Assembly (NCBI GenBank): GCA_958295775.1
Contig: CATQHC010000007.1
Span: forward strand, 1,061 to 65,060
Source: Chloroflexota bacterium
GTDB lineage: Bacteria > Chloroflexota > UBA11872 > VXOZ01
DNA length: 64,000 nucleotides
Direction of reading: 5' to 3'
Both the position numbers and the translations under genes were made by a program. The notes beneath the pieces were generated by a model that did no database searches, was not told the DNA's origin, and saw only the letters and a program-made list of their open reading frames with translations. Shown here one piece after another: positions 1 to 9,430 of this stretch. Within the stretch, counting starts at the first letter, position 1. Each line of letters starts with the position of its first letter.

Positions 1-1
1 A

Positions 2-1006
2 GACGCGGCGGAAATCCTTTCCGGCGTCCGCCACGGCAAGACCATTGGCAGTCCCATCGGCATGTTAGTCAACAATAAGGACTGGGAAAACTGGCAAGAA
101 ATCATGGCCGTGGAGCCGGTTGAGAAACCGATCAAGAAAGTGACGCACTTGCGCCCCGGCCATGCCGATCTCGTCGGTGTCCTCAAGTACGATGTCGATG
201 ACTTGCGCCCAATTCTGGAGCGGTCGAGCGCGCGCGAAACCGCGGCCCGCCTTGCCGCCTCAAGCGTGTGCCGGGCCCTGCTGAGCCACTTCGGCATCAA
301 GATCGCCAGCTACGTTTCGGTACTCGGGCCAATCGAGATAGACGGCAAGTATGAAGTTACGCAGCATCCTGAGACCGTGGATTGGGACGCGTTGGAAACA
401 GACCCGTTGCGCTGCCCGGACCCGGCGGCGAGCAAGCAAATGGTCGCGCTTATCGACGAAATGAAAGCTGCCGGCGATAGCCTGGGCGGCGTCTACAACG
501 TTGTGGCATGGGGCGTGCCGATAGGATTGGGCAGCCACGTCTTCTGGGACCGGCGCCTGGACTCGCGTCTGGCGGCGGCAATTCTCTCCATCAACGCCAC
601 CAAAGGGGTAGAATTCGGCTCGGCATTTGAGAACGCCCGCCGGCAGGGCTCCCAGGTGCAAGACCAGATTCGCTTTGAGAAAGGCCGGGGGTTCTCCCGC
701 CTCAGCAACCGCGCCGGCGGTTTGGAAGCAGGCATCACCAACGGTGAGCCGCTGCTCGTGCGGGGCGCGCTTAAGCCGATATCCACCATCCGCAGCCCGC
801 TGCCTTCCGTCGACTTGGCCACGCTCGAGCCCGCCCAAGCGCACTACGAACGCGCCGACACGACCGCGGTGCCCGCGGCGGGCGTCATTGGCGAGGCCAT
901 GGTAGCCATCGTCCTGGCAGACGCGTTTCTGGAGAAATTCGGCGGCGACAGCCTGGCCGAGATCGAGCGCAACTATCACGGGTACATGGAAGGGCTGCCA
1001 AAATAG
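2..1006 (+). CDS. aroC: Chorismate synthase (5'-truncated by window edge)
   Basis: Open frame from the window start (DAAEILSGVRHGKTIGSP). Motifs RPGHAD, ERSSARETAARLA, GGLEAGITNG, KPISTI, YERAD. Confidence 0.97.
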   Translation, partial: DAAEILSGVRHGKTIGSPIGMLVNNKDWENWQEIMAVEPVEKPIKKVTHLRPGHADLVGVLKYDVDDLRPILERSSARETAARLAASSVCRALLSHFGIKIASYVSVLGPIEIDGKYEVTQHPETVDWDALETDPLRCPDPAASKQMVALIDEMKAAGDSLGGVYNVVAWGVPIGLGSHVFWDRRLDSRLAAAILSINATKGVEFGSAFENARRQGSQVQDQIRFEKGRGFSRLSNRAGGLEAGITNGEPLLVRGALKPISTIRSPLPSVDLATLEPAQAHYERADTTAVPAAGVIGEAMVAIVLADAFLEKFGGDSLAEIERNYHGYMEGLPK

Positions 1007-1524
1007 AGAGCGTAGTACTCGTCGGTCTATCGGGCACGGGCAAGTCCACGGTCGGCAGAATCTTGGCGCGCAGGCTGCGCTGGCGGTTCGTCGATACCGA
1101 TACCGAAATCGAACGGCAAGAGCAACAGCGGATTGCGCACGTATTCCGCGACAAGGGTGAAGCGTACTTCCGCGACCTAGAGCAGCAAGTCGTCACGGAC
1201 TTCTGCACTCAGCAACATCTGGTCGTAAGCACGGGCGGCGGCGCTGTGCTCGATCCCGATAACCGTACCGCGATGCGCGCCCAGAACCTGGTAATTTGGC
1301 TCCGTGCCACACCGGAGACCATCTATAGTCGTCTCAAGTGGAGCGTCCACACCCGACCTCTGCTCAAGGCTGCCGATCCGCTCGCCAGAATCCGCGCCAT
1401 GGCGGCTGAGCGGCATGACGACTACAACGAGGCGTGCCACGTCGCAGTGGCTACGGATGGAATGAGTCACGAGGCGGCGGCGGAACTCCTATGGAAGCAG
1501 GTTGAGGCATGGAAGAAGCAATAG
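1003..1524 (+). CDS. aroK: Shikimate kinase
   Basis: Walker A GLSGTGKS lies upstream of the ORF-track start at 1063. Also DTD, GEAYFRDLE, STGGGAV, RPLL. Start uncertain; ATA at 1003 overlapping the aroC stop is proposed. Confidence 0.93.
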   Translation: MESVVLVGLSGTGKSTVGRILARRLRWRFVDTDTEIERQEQQRIAHVFRDKGEAYFRDLEQQVVTDFCTQQHLVVSTGGGAVLDPDNRTAMRAQNLVIWLRATPETIYSRLKWSVHTRPLLKAADPLARIRAMAAERHDDYNEACHVAVATDGMSHEAAAELLWKQVEAWKKQ

Positions 1525-2558
1525 TCGGGCGCGATATCCTGCCTGAGCTTGCCGGCGCCTTGGCCCGCCACGGAATTGACGGCCGCCTCTTCGTCATTGC
1601 CGATGAACGCGTAGTAGCGCGCACCCAAAACAAGCTGTCGGAGACTCTCGCCGCGAGCGGCTATACGGTCGCCACCTATCCCGTCGCTGCCGGTGAGGCG
1701 AGCAAGAACCTGCGCCAGGCCGAGCGTATCTACCACTGGCTTGCCGAACAACGGGCGGAACGCAAGGAAGCCGTTTTGGCGTTTGGCGGCGGTGTCATCG
1801 GCGACCTCGCCGGCTTTGTGGCTGCGACCTACCTGCGCGGTATGCCATTGGTCCAGATACCCACAACCCTGGTGGCGCAAATCGACAGCAGCATCGGCGG
1901 CAAAGTAGCCGTAGACCTGCCGGAGGGCAAAAACCTCGTCGGCGCGTTCTATCCGTCACTGGTCACGTGTATCGACATCAGTTTCCTGGAAACGCTTTCG
2001 CAGCGAGACCTGCTGGCCGGTTGGGCGGAAGTCATCAAGACGGCGTTGCTTTTCGATGCGCCGCTCTTCAACGAGATAGCCGCTAGAGGACCCGCCGACC
2101 TGACACCTGAATTCTTGCTGGAAGTCGTGCCGCGCTGCGTGCGCTGGAAGCAGAAAGTCGTGGCAGAAGACCCCAAAGAGCAGGGCATCCGCGCGCTTCT
2201 CAACTACGGTCATACCATCGGCCACGCCCTGGAAGCCGCCACCGGTTACCAGACGTACCTCCACGGCGAGGCCGTCGCCATCGGCATGCACGGCGCGGCA
2301 CGGATTGCGAAGCATTTGGGCCTGCTTGGTCAGGAGGCATTCGAAAAACAACAAGCCGTGATTGCGCAATACAACCTGCCTCTCCAATACGCCGCGGTTG
2401 ACCCCGCCGCTATCCACGACGCAATCGCCCTTGATAAGAAGAATCGCCAAGGCAAAGTGCGCTGGATTCTCTTGGATGACATTGGCAAGCCCCGCATCGA
2501 GAGCGGTGTTCCGCAGACGCTTGTACGTCAAGTATTGCAGGAACTTAGGCAACACTGA
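1509..2558 (+). CDS. aroB: 3-dehydroquinate synthase
   Basis: GEASKN, GGGVIGDLAGF, PTTLVAQIDSSIGGK, GKNLVGAF, LNYGHTIGHALE, HGEAVAIGM, DKK. Confidence 0.97.
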   Translation: MEEAIVGRDILPELAGALARHGIDGRLFVIADERVVARTQNKLSETLAASGYTVATYPVAAGEASKNLRQAERIYHWLAEQRAERKEAVLAFGGGVIGDLAGFVAATYLRGMPLVQIPTTLVAQIDSSIGGKVAVDLPEGKNLVGAFYPSLVTCIDISFLETLSQRDLLAGWAEVIKTALLFDAPLFNEIAARGPADLTPEFLLEVVPRCVRWKQKVVAEDPKEQGIRALLNYGHTIGHALEAATGYQTYLHGEAVAIGMHGAARIAKHLGLLGQEAFEKQQAVIAQYNLPLQYAAVDPAAIHDAIALDKKNRQGKVRWILLDDIGKPRIESGVPQTLVRQVLQELRQH

Positions 2559-2845
2559 CAGGCAAAGGCGGCGCCGACAGATCGAGACCAGGCAGAGTAG
2601 CAAAGGTGCTGAAATACGCAAGTCCGTTCACCCTTCGACAGTCTCGGGACGAACGGACTTGCTTGCTTTTGAAAGTCGCGTCTCAAGTCGTACTTCCTTG
2701 AGCTTGTAATGTGGTGGTCTTGCAAAGCCACCCGCTGATCGTGCTTTCAGCGTGAGTATCTGTCCCAATTGACTCAGCTATTTTGCCAAGCGCGGGAGAG
2801 CAAGTCCCCGCGCCATAGGAAAAGGAGCATTTCAACCCGTCATTT

Positions 2846-3037
2846 GTATGTTGAAGAAGGCCTACAGATGAGCGAAGGTGAGAGGATTGCGCGAGGGGCG
2901 CGTCTTCCGTCATTCCCGAGAAAGCGGGAATCCATCTTGACAGTTTGACAGCTATCTAACGAACAGTGTGTTGGCGTGCTCACTCTCCTAAGAGCGGGGG
3001 ACAAGCCCCCGCGCTACTAAAGATAAGATCACCTCAA
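2846..3037. repeat. ~190-bp composite dispersed repeat, copy 1 (copy 2 at 19052..19242)
   Basis: Direct comparison: a 71-bp core at 2947..3017 is identical to 19153..19223, and the flanks are similar. Confidence 0.9.
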
Positions 3038-3257
3038 CCCGTCATGCCCGCGCACGCGGAAATCCATCCGTGACGGCATGGCGTAACCAAACCAGGTGGG
3101 CGATATGTCCACGGACTACAAAGCGATCTCAATCTGCGCAGTTGACGCTCCCTTCCGTGGCTACTTGCCAAATCGACCGGGTAAGAGAACAGTCCATGTG
3201 TAGATGCTAAAATGAAGAGAGTCGTTCTCATCCAATATTAGCGATCCGAGGTATTCA

Positions 3258-3593
3258 GTGGCACAATTCATCTTCTTCTATCGCGCTTCACCGGAAGCTA
3301 TGCAGCGTATGGGGAACGCGACGCCTGAGCAGCAGCAAGCGCACATGGGCAAATGGCAGGCTTGGACGCAGCAAAACGCGGAGGCGCTGTTGAATGCAGG
3401 CACACCTTTTAGCGGCGGGCAAGTCCTGACCGGCACCGGGAGTTCTGATGTAGACGGGACCATGATGGGCTACGCGATTTTGCAGGCAGAGGACATGGAG
3501 GCCGCCCAGGCCATCCTTGAATCCGATCCCTTCCTCGCCCAGGGCGAAGGTTGCTCAATCGAGGTCTACGAGTGTATGTCCATGCCTGGGTAA
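3258..3593 (+). CDS. YCII-related (YciI-like) protein
   Basis: 111 aa. EQQQAHMGKWQAW...AGTPF...MMGYAILQAEDMEAAQAILESDPFL...IEVYE fits the YCII fold pattern. Confidence 0.75.
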   Translation: MAQFIFFYRASPEAMQRMGNATPEQQQAHMGKWQAWTQQNAEALLNAGTPFSGGQVLTGTGSSDVDGTMMGYAILQAEDMEAAQAILESDPFLAQGEGCSIEVYECMSMPG

Positions 3594-3659
3594 GATTCAC
3601 GGCTATGTTGCGATGGCCGACTGTGACGGTTACGTAGCCGCAGTAAATGTGAGGGCATA

Positions 3660-4640
3660 ATGGACTATCGTCAGCTTGGCAGAACCGGCGTGCGCGTTTC
3701 CACCATCGCCTACGGCACGTTTCCCCTCGGCGCCTACAGCGATACCGGCGCGGGCGTGCGGATGATTCACGCCGCCATGGAACGCGGCGTGAACTTCATC
3801 GACACGGCCAACGTCTATTTCAAAGGCCGCTCGGAGGAAATCGTTGGCGCGGCACTGAAGGGACGGCACCATGAGGTCGTTCTCGCCAGCAAGTTCGGCC
3901 ACCCGATGGGAGACGGCCCCAATGAAAGAGGGTCTTCTCGCTACCACATCTGCCGGGAGATCGAGGGGTCGTTGCGCCGCCTCCAGACCGACTGCATTGA
4001 CCTCTACTACATTCACATCCCGGATCCCACCACGCCGCTGGAAGAGACCGTCCGCGCGTTGGACGACTTGGTGCGCCAAGGCAAAGTGCGCTACCTTGGC
4101 ACCTCTCATTTTGCCGGTTGGCAGATTGCCCACGGATTGTGGCTGGCGGAGCGAAACCGGCTGACGCCCTGGGTGGTGGAGCAGCCGCGGTACTGTCTGA
4201 TAGACCGCGCCATCGAACAGGAAGTGGCGCCGATGGCGCAGGACTTGGGCATCGGCATTGTGGCGCACAGCCCGCTCGGCGGCGGCTTCTTGACCGGCAA
4301 GTATCGTCAGGGCGAACCGCCACCGCCGGACTCGCGCTTCGCGTCGCATCCCGGCGGCATTACTTCTCTGCCGCAGCACTACGACCTGATGATGACGGAG
4401 CCAAACCTGGCCGTCGTCGATACTGTGCGTGCCCTTGCGCGCGAGCACGGCACAACGCCGAGCGCCGTCGCATTGGCGTGGGTCATGGCAAAGCCGTTTG
4501 TTTCCTCGGCCATCATCGGCCCCAAGAATCACTTCCAACTTGAGGACAATCTGGCAGCCGTAGACGTCACGCTCTCACCGGGAGACATGGCGCAACTCGA
4601 CGCCGTCTCCGACTTTGCCCGCGGCCTCATTCGCACGTGA
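3660..4640 (+). CDS. Aldo/keto reductase
   Basis: LGRTGVRVS, FIDTANVY, SKFG, SLRRLQTDCIDLYYIH, GKVRYLGTS, SPLGGGFLTGKY. Confidence 0.95.
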   Translation: MDYRQLGRTGVRVSTIAYGTFPLGAYSDTGAGVRMIHAAMERGVNFIDTANVYFKGRSEEIVGAALKGRHHEVVLASKFGHPMGDGPNERGSSRYHICREIEGSLRRLQTDCIDLYYIHIPDPTTPLEETVRALDDLVRQGKVRYLGTSHFAGWQIAHGLWLAERNRLTPWVVEQPRYCLIDRAIEQEVAPMAQDLGIGIVAHSPLGGGFLTGKYRQGEPPPPDSRFASHPGGITSLPQHYDLMMTEPNLAVVDTVRALAREHGTTPSAVALAWVMAKPFVSSAIIGPKNHFQLEDNLAAVDVTLSPGDMAQLDAVSDFARGLIRT

Positions 4641-4851
4641 GGGTTGGACGACCCTGGAGCTTGTCAGGCGGGAAGCTGCTTCTTTGCGCCACGCGCCGCA
4701 CACCCGGCAGCGAGTAGCGCGCCTTGCAGTGGAGGGCGGCGTGCCCGCTCCCTTCTTTCCCGCAACAATCTCAACACCGCATGTTGCGGCAGCGCAATTC
4801 AGTTACCCTTAAACGTGGACAATGTAGTCGTGCAATTGCGGTGGGCGCACA

Positions 4852-6465
4852 GTGAGATCGTTCTTTTCGGTACGAGAGCAGAGAACCCGCCTGGTTCTCA
4901 TTCTCTTTGTCTGCGTTGGAACGCTGCTCGGCGCGCTCCAACTCCACCCTCACCTCGGACTCTTCAACGACGACGCCGAGTACCTCGTGATTGGCGACGC
5001 CCTCGCGAGCGGCCAGGGTTACACCTGGGCAAATGACCCACAGTATCCCCCGCACAACAAGTACCCGCCCGGCTACCCGCTGGCGGTCGCCGGTGTGCTA
5101 TTCGTTACCGGACAGGCCGCTGATGCCTACGGCGGCATCATACCCGTAAAGCTGTTCACGCTCTTGACATTTGCCGGAGCGTTAATTCTCCTGTGGTTGG
5201 TATTGTCACGCAGCCAACGCGAGGCAGGCATCGAACCCTTGCTCGCGGTCGGTCTGTTCGCCGTCAACCCGTTCGTGCTCGAGTACGCCGTCCAGATCAT
5301 GTCCGAACTGCCGTATACGTTCTTCTCGCTTCTCACGCTCTTGCTGGGCCTAGTCTACCTCCGATTTGTCCAACCTTCTTCCTCGTCCGCCCGCGCGCAG
5401 CGCCGGCAATCGTGGGGACTCCTCCTCTTGCTCGCCATTCTGGCAGCCCTGTGCTACTACCTGCGGGGGGTGGGCGCAACTTTGGCAATCAGCCTGGTGC
5501 TTTGGCTTCTTCTTCACCGCCAGGTGCGCGCGGCCATGCTGGTGGGAGGTGTGAATGTATTGCTCATCGGCCTGTGGCAGGTGCGCAACGCCGTGGTCTT
5601 GCCCGTCACGATTTACTCCTACCAGTTCTTCCTCAAAGAGCAGGAAGACCCGCTGGCAGGCACCATCGGCTTGTCGGACTTCATCGCTCGTGTGGGCGCA
5701 AACATGGAGCACTACATCCTGGCAGGCTTCTTGGACATAGATCGGCCCGGTATCAGCGCGATTGTCGGCGCGATCGCGGCTCTGGGCTGGCTCATTGCCG
5801 CCTTCGGCTGGGGGATGCACCTCAAGCGGCAGTTCTCACTCGTAGCCGTCTACACGTTTGTCTACCTGGGCGTGGTGTTTGTGTGGTCCTATGCGAGTGG
5901 ACGCTTTCTCATTCCCGTCATTCCGTTTCTCGGCTATTACGGGCTTTTTGGCGGACGTGTGATCTTGACGCGCATCATCTCCTCGCGTGCAACGGGACGC
6001 ATCATCGTTGCCGGCACGTCGGCGTTCATCCTCGCCCTGATCTTGGCAAACGCTGCCGTGATTCGCACTAACCTCGAGCGGTGGAGCGCCGACCCGGCTG
6101 CGTACTATAGTTTCGACCCGGCCTGGTCGTCATACCTGCTGACAGCGCAGTGGCTGCGCGAGAACCTGATCTCGGATGATGTCATCCTGGCACGGCGCCA
6201 TTTTGCAATGTACGTCTACACCGGCCGCCTGACCGCCAAGTACCGCTACGACACTGACGATTTTGAGATGGGATACCTGCTGAGCGGCACAGAGACTAAG
6301 TATGTGGTTGAAGACGCATTCGCCGGCGCGCGGGGGGATTTCTCGCTGTTGCCCCCGGCATTGGAGGCACGCAACGGCGGACTAGACTTAGTATACAGCA
6401 CGCCGCGTGATCCTCCTGTCCGCGTCTGGCGGCTGGAGCGGCCGCCGGGCACAGGCGCGGAATAG
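4852..6465 (+). CDS. Polytopic GT-C glycosyltransferase (ArnT/PMT-like, GT39/GT83-type)
   Basis: N-terminal loop NDDAEY, KYPPGYP, SELPY, many TM segments, RFLIPVIP. Confidence 0.75.
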   Translation: MRSFFSVREQRTRLVLILFVCVGTLLGALQLHPHLGLFNDDAEYLVIGDALASGQGYTWANDPQYPPHNKYPPGYPLAVAGVLFVTGQAADAYGGIIPVKLFTLLTFAGALILLWLVLSRSQREAGIEPLLAVGLFAVNPFVLEYAVQIMSELPYTFFSLLTLLLGLVYLRFVQPSSSSARAQRRQSWGLLLLLAILAALCYYLRGVGATLAISLVLWLLLHRQVRAAMLVGGVNVLLIGLWQVRNAVVLPVTIYSYQFFLKEQEDPLAGTIGLSDFIARVGANMEHYILAGFLDIDRPGISAIVGAIAALGWLIAAFGWGMHLKRQFSLVAVYTFVYLGVVFVWSYASGRFLIPVIPFLGYYGLFGGRVILTRIISSRATGRIIVAGTSAFILALILANAAVIRTNLERWSADPAAYYSFDPAWSSYLLTAQWLRENLISDDVILARRHFAMYVYTGRLTAKYRYDTDDFEMGYLLSGTETKYVVEDAFAGARGDFSLLPPALEARNGGLDLVYSTPRDPPVRVWRLERPPGTGAE

Positions 6466-6511
6466 ATCGCATTGCCTGCGGAGCACCGGTGTCACCCGGC
6501 AGCGTTGCTGA

Positions 6512-7444
6512 CTATGGGGTACGCAGATGATCGAAGGCGTCAACGAGAAAGTCTGCAACGCGGTCAACGTAGGCATCCTCGAGCTTTTCGTGGCAGCGAC
6601 CGTGGCCGGCATCGGGAATGATCCAGAGGTCCCTCGGTCCCTCAGCGGCCAAGTAGAGTTGGTAGGCATCTTGCACGTAGACAACGTCATCTTCCGTACC
6701 GTGGATGATCAGAAGAGGGCAGGTGGCTGTCTGCTTGATTCGCGCCAGCGGCTGCACGACGCCGAGCACATCAGCGAGCTTCTCGCCTACGAACCGGCTG
6801 GCGAACCAGACCGTGGGCGTGCGAAAGATAGACGGCGGGAGATCGGCGATTCTCCGAAAGCCGTGGTCGATGGCCCCTCTCAACGTCGCGAAGGCGCAGT
6901 CAGTCACCAGAGCGCGCACGCCAAAGTCCTGCGTGTTCGTGAGCAGCGCAGTGGCGCCGCCCATTGACACACCATAGATGCCGATGCGGTCCGCATCGAC
7001 GTCACAACGCGAGTGGAGATACTGCAGCGCGCCAAGCACGTCCTGCCGCTCGCGCAGCCCCAAAGTCGTCCCGTCCCCTTCGCTCGAACCATGTCCGCGA
7101 AAGTCCACCAACAGGCTCTGCAGGTCTCGCTCGAGGAGAGCATAGGCGAGATGCACCAAGCCGAAGTGGTTGGTGCCAAAGCCATGGAGCAGTAACACCG
7201 TGCCCCGGGGCTGGGGATGCGCCAAGAACCAACCCGCTATGCGCGTGCCGTCCGTAGCGGGAAATGCAAGCGGCTCCAGCGCGGGTTCCATTAGGGGAAG
7301 CTCCGGCAACCGCCAACTGCGGTCGGGGTGCGCAAGCGAGTTGCCGGTTCGCGCGGAAATAAAGAGTACTACGCCGGCAGCGCCAATTGCCGCCAGCGCT
7401 AAGCCGCCGAGCACGAAGACAACCAAGAGCGGTCCGGCTAGCAC
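6512..7444 (-). CDS. Membrane-anchored alpha/beta hydrolase
   Basis: N-terminal TM, LLHGF, DFRGHGSS, nucleophile elbow GVSMGG, IHGTEDDVV, AGH. Confidence 0.9.
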   Translation of the reverse strand: MLAGPLLVVFVLGGLALAAIGAAGVVLFISARTGNSLAHPDRSWRLPELPLMEPALEPLAFPATDGTRIAGWFLAHPQPRGTVLLLHGFGTNHFGLVHLAYALLERDLQSLLVDFRGHGSSEGDGTTLGLRERQDVLGALQYLHSRCDVDADRIGIYGVSMGGATALLTNTQDFGVRALVTDCAFATLRGAIDHGFRRIADLPPSIFRTPTVWFASRFVGEKLADVLGVVQPLARIKQTATCPLLIIHGTEDDVVYVQDAYQLYLAAEGPRDLWIIPDAGHGRCHEKLEDAYVDRVADFLVDAFDHLRTP

Positions 7445-7678
7445 TGTGATCCCAACACTCTACACCTGCCATGGGCACGGTCTCGATTAATCGTATCAGT
7501 TATCCTTATGACTTCGCTGGTAACTCCGGACCTTCGCAGGGCTCTGCACGTCAATTCGCACTCCTTGCCCGTCCCCTCAGCGATGCAGAGTCGGACTAAG
7601 ATACCGGGGAGAATTGACAAGAAAGGAGCGCACATTCGCATGTCGGGCAAAGCAGCGCGTGACGCTCTCCAGTCGTAC

Positions 7679-7707
7679 TTGACGCTCCCCAAGTGCGGGG
7701 ATATGAT
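7679..7707 (+). promoter_or_regulatory. Sigma70-type promoter of tRNA-Gln
   Basis: TTGACG-17 bp-TATGAT, ending 8 bp before the tRNA. Confidence 0.7.
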
Positions 7708-7715
7708 GAACCAGG

Positions 7716-7787
7716 TGGGGCGTCGCCAAGCGGTAAGGCACGGGCCTTTGGAGCCCGCATTCGTAGGTTCGAATCCTACCGCCCCAG
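7716..7787 (+). tRNA. tRNA-Gln(TTG)
   Basis: Cloverleaf: acceptor TGGGGCG/CGCCCCA, anticodon arm CGGGC-CT TTG GA-GCCCG, T arm GTAGG-TTCGAAT-CCTAC. CCA is not encoded. Confidence 0.96.
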
Positions 7788-7906
7788 CCGCGGTTTGCTA
7801 GCGGCGCACAAGGAGGAAGGGTGTAGGCGGACTGCGTCCGTAGGACGGCAGCGACTCTCAGCGGCACGAAGCCGGCGCAGCGCGCTGGCGCGGTCCCCGC
7901 GCCGCC

Positions 7907-9319
7907 TTGAAACCCATGACAGAGAGCGACCCAGACCCTCACCAATCCACTGCAGCCATCATTTTGGCTACCGGCCAAACTGGGCGGATGCAGTCTCGTC
8001 GCGCTACGGTCTTGCATGCGCTTGCCGGCCGCCCTATGACGATGTACGCCGTCCAGTCGGCCAACGCGGCCGGGTGCACGGCGGTGTTTGTAGCCTGCAC
8101 CCCTGAAACTTCCCAATTGCACGACTACGTCGGTCCCGCAGCCACCTGCGCCGAGCTGACCGGTTGCAACTGGCTGGAGACGGCGGTGACCGCGCTACCG
8201 CAGGCCGCGCGAACGGTCTTGGTCATTGCCGGCGCCATGCCGCTCCTCTCCGCCGCGACGATGACTCGTCTCATGCAGTGCCAGCAAGAGACTTCAGATT
8301 CGCTGGTACTCCTCACCACCTCCCCCGCCTGCGCACAGCAAGGCGGCGGCATCATCCGTGATGCTGCCGGACGTGTTGCGCGCATCCGCATTGATGAGGG
8401 CACTATGCCAGCGCAACCCCCGGCGGAATACTTCAGTACCGGCGCGGCCTGCTTCTCCGGCGAATGGCTGTGGGAGAATCGAAGCAACATGCAGGCGCTT
8501 ACTGAAAACAGCCTTGAATGCCTTGTCGCGGACGCGCTGGCAGCGGGGGCTCCGGTGGGAACGATGCGCCACGCGGACGCGGAACTCGAGCTGTTGCAAG
8601 TAGTTGACCGAACGGACTTGGCGCGGGCGGAGAGCGCGCTGCGCGAACGGATACGGCGACGCGCGCTGGAGAGCGGTGTAACTTTGGTTGATCCGGCGAC
8701 CGTCTGGATCGATGACACCGTGACGTTTGGGCGGGATGTTACCATCTTGCCCAACTGCCACCTCTACGGGAATTCGGCAGTCGGAGACGACTGTACCATC
8801 GGCCCCAATACCCGTTTGCAGGACACGCGCCTGGCCGCGCGGGTTGCGGTGGTGGAGTCGGTGCTGGAAGGGGCGCAGGTAGGTGAAAACGTGCGCATTG
8901 GGCCATATGCCCATCTGCGCCCGGGAACGATAGTCGCCCATGATGTCGAAATTGGGAATTACGCGGAACTCAAGAATACTCAGGTGGATTCTGGAGCGAA
9001 AATACACCACGTGGGTTACTTGGGTGATACAGTAGTCGGAAGCGACGTGAACGTGGGCGCCGGTACGATCACTTGCAACTATGACGGTGTGGAGAAGCAC
9101 GAAACCGAGATAGGTGACGGCGCTTTTGTGGGCAGCGGCACGTTGCTCGTGGCGCCGGTGGTTGTGGGCAGCAAGGCGATGACCGGCGCCGGTTCAGTGG
9201 TTACACGGGACGTGCCGCCGTCGGCGAAAGTCTACGGCGTGCCGGCGCGGGTGCAGGGAGTCCGCGCGCTGCCAGCGGATTCCGATCAGGCGCGGCCGGA
9301 TGAGAAACGCGGGGCGTGA
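7907..9319 (+). CDS. glmU: GlmU homologue: intact acetyltransferase beta-helix, degenerate uridyltransferase domain
   Basis: C-terminal GPYAHLRPG, IGNYAELKN, HHVGYLGD, GAGTITCNYDG are intact. N-terminal motifs are eroded (see findings). Confidence 0.9.
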   Translation: MKPMTESDPDPHQSTAAIILATGQTGRMQSRRATVLHALAGRPMTMYAVQSANAAGCTAVFVACTPETSQLHDYVGPAATCAELTGCNWLETAVTALPQAARTVLVIAGAMPLLSAATMTRLMQCQQETSDSLVLLTTSPACAQQGGGIIRDAAGRVARIRIDEGTMPAQPPAEYFSTGAACFSGEWLWENRSNMQALTENSLECLVADALAAGAPVGTMRHADAELELLQVVDRTDLARAESALRERIRRRALESGVTLVDPATVWIDDTVTFGRDVTILPNCHLYGNSAVGDDCTIGPNTRLQDTRLAARVAVVESVLEGAQVGENVRIGPYAHLRPGTIVAHDVEIGNYAELKNTQVDSGAKIHHVGYLGDTVVGSDVNVGAGTITCNYDGVEKHETEIGDGAFVGSGTLLVAPVVVGSKAMTGAGSVVTRDVPPSAKVYGVPARVQGVRALPADSDQARPDEKRGA

Positions 9320-9430
9320 ACTAGGACAGCAAGGGGCTTATTGGCCTGAGGCAGTACACGTACAAGGGTTTGCAGCAATTGTATTTGAAGGGGTGGAGCG
9401 GCAGGAAGGGCGTATTTTAGTAAGGAGTTT

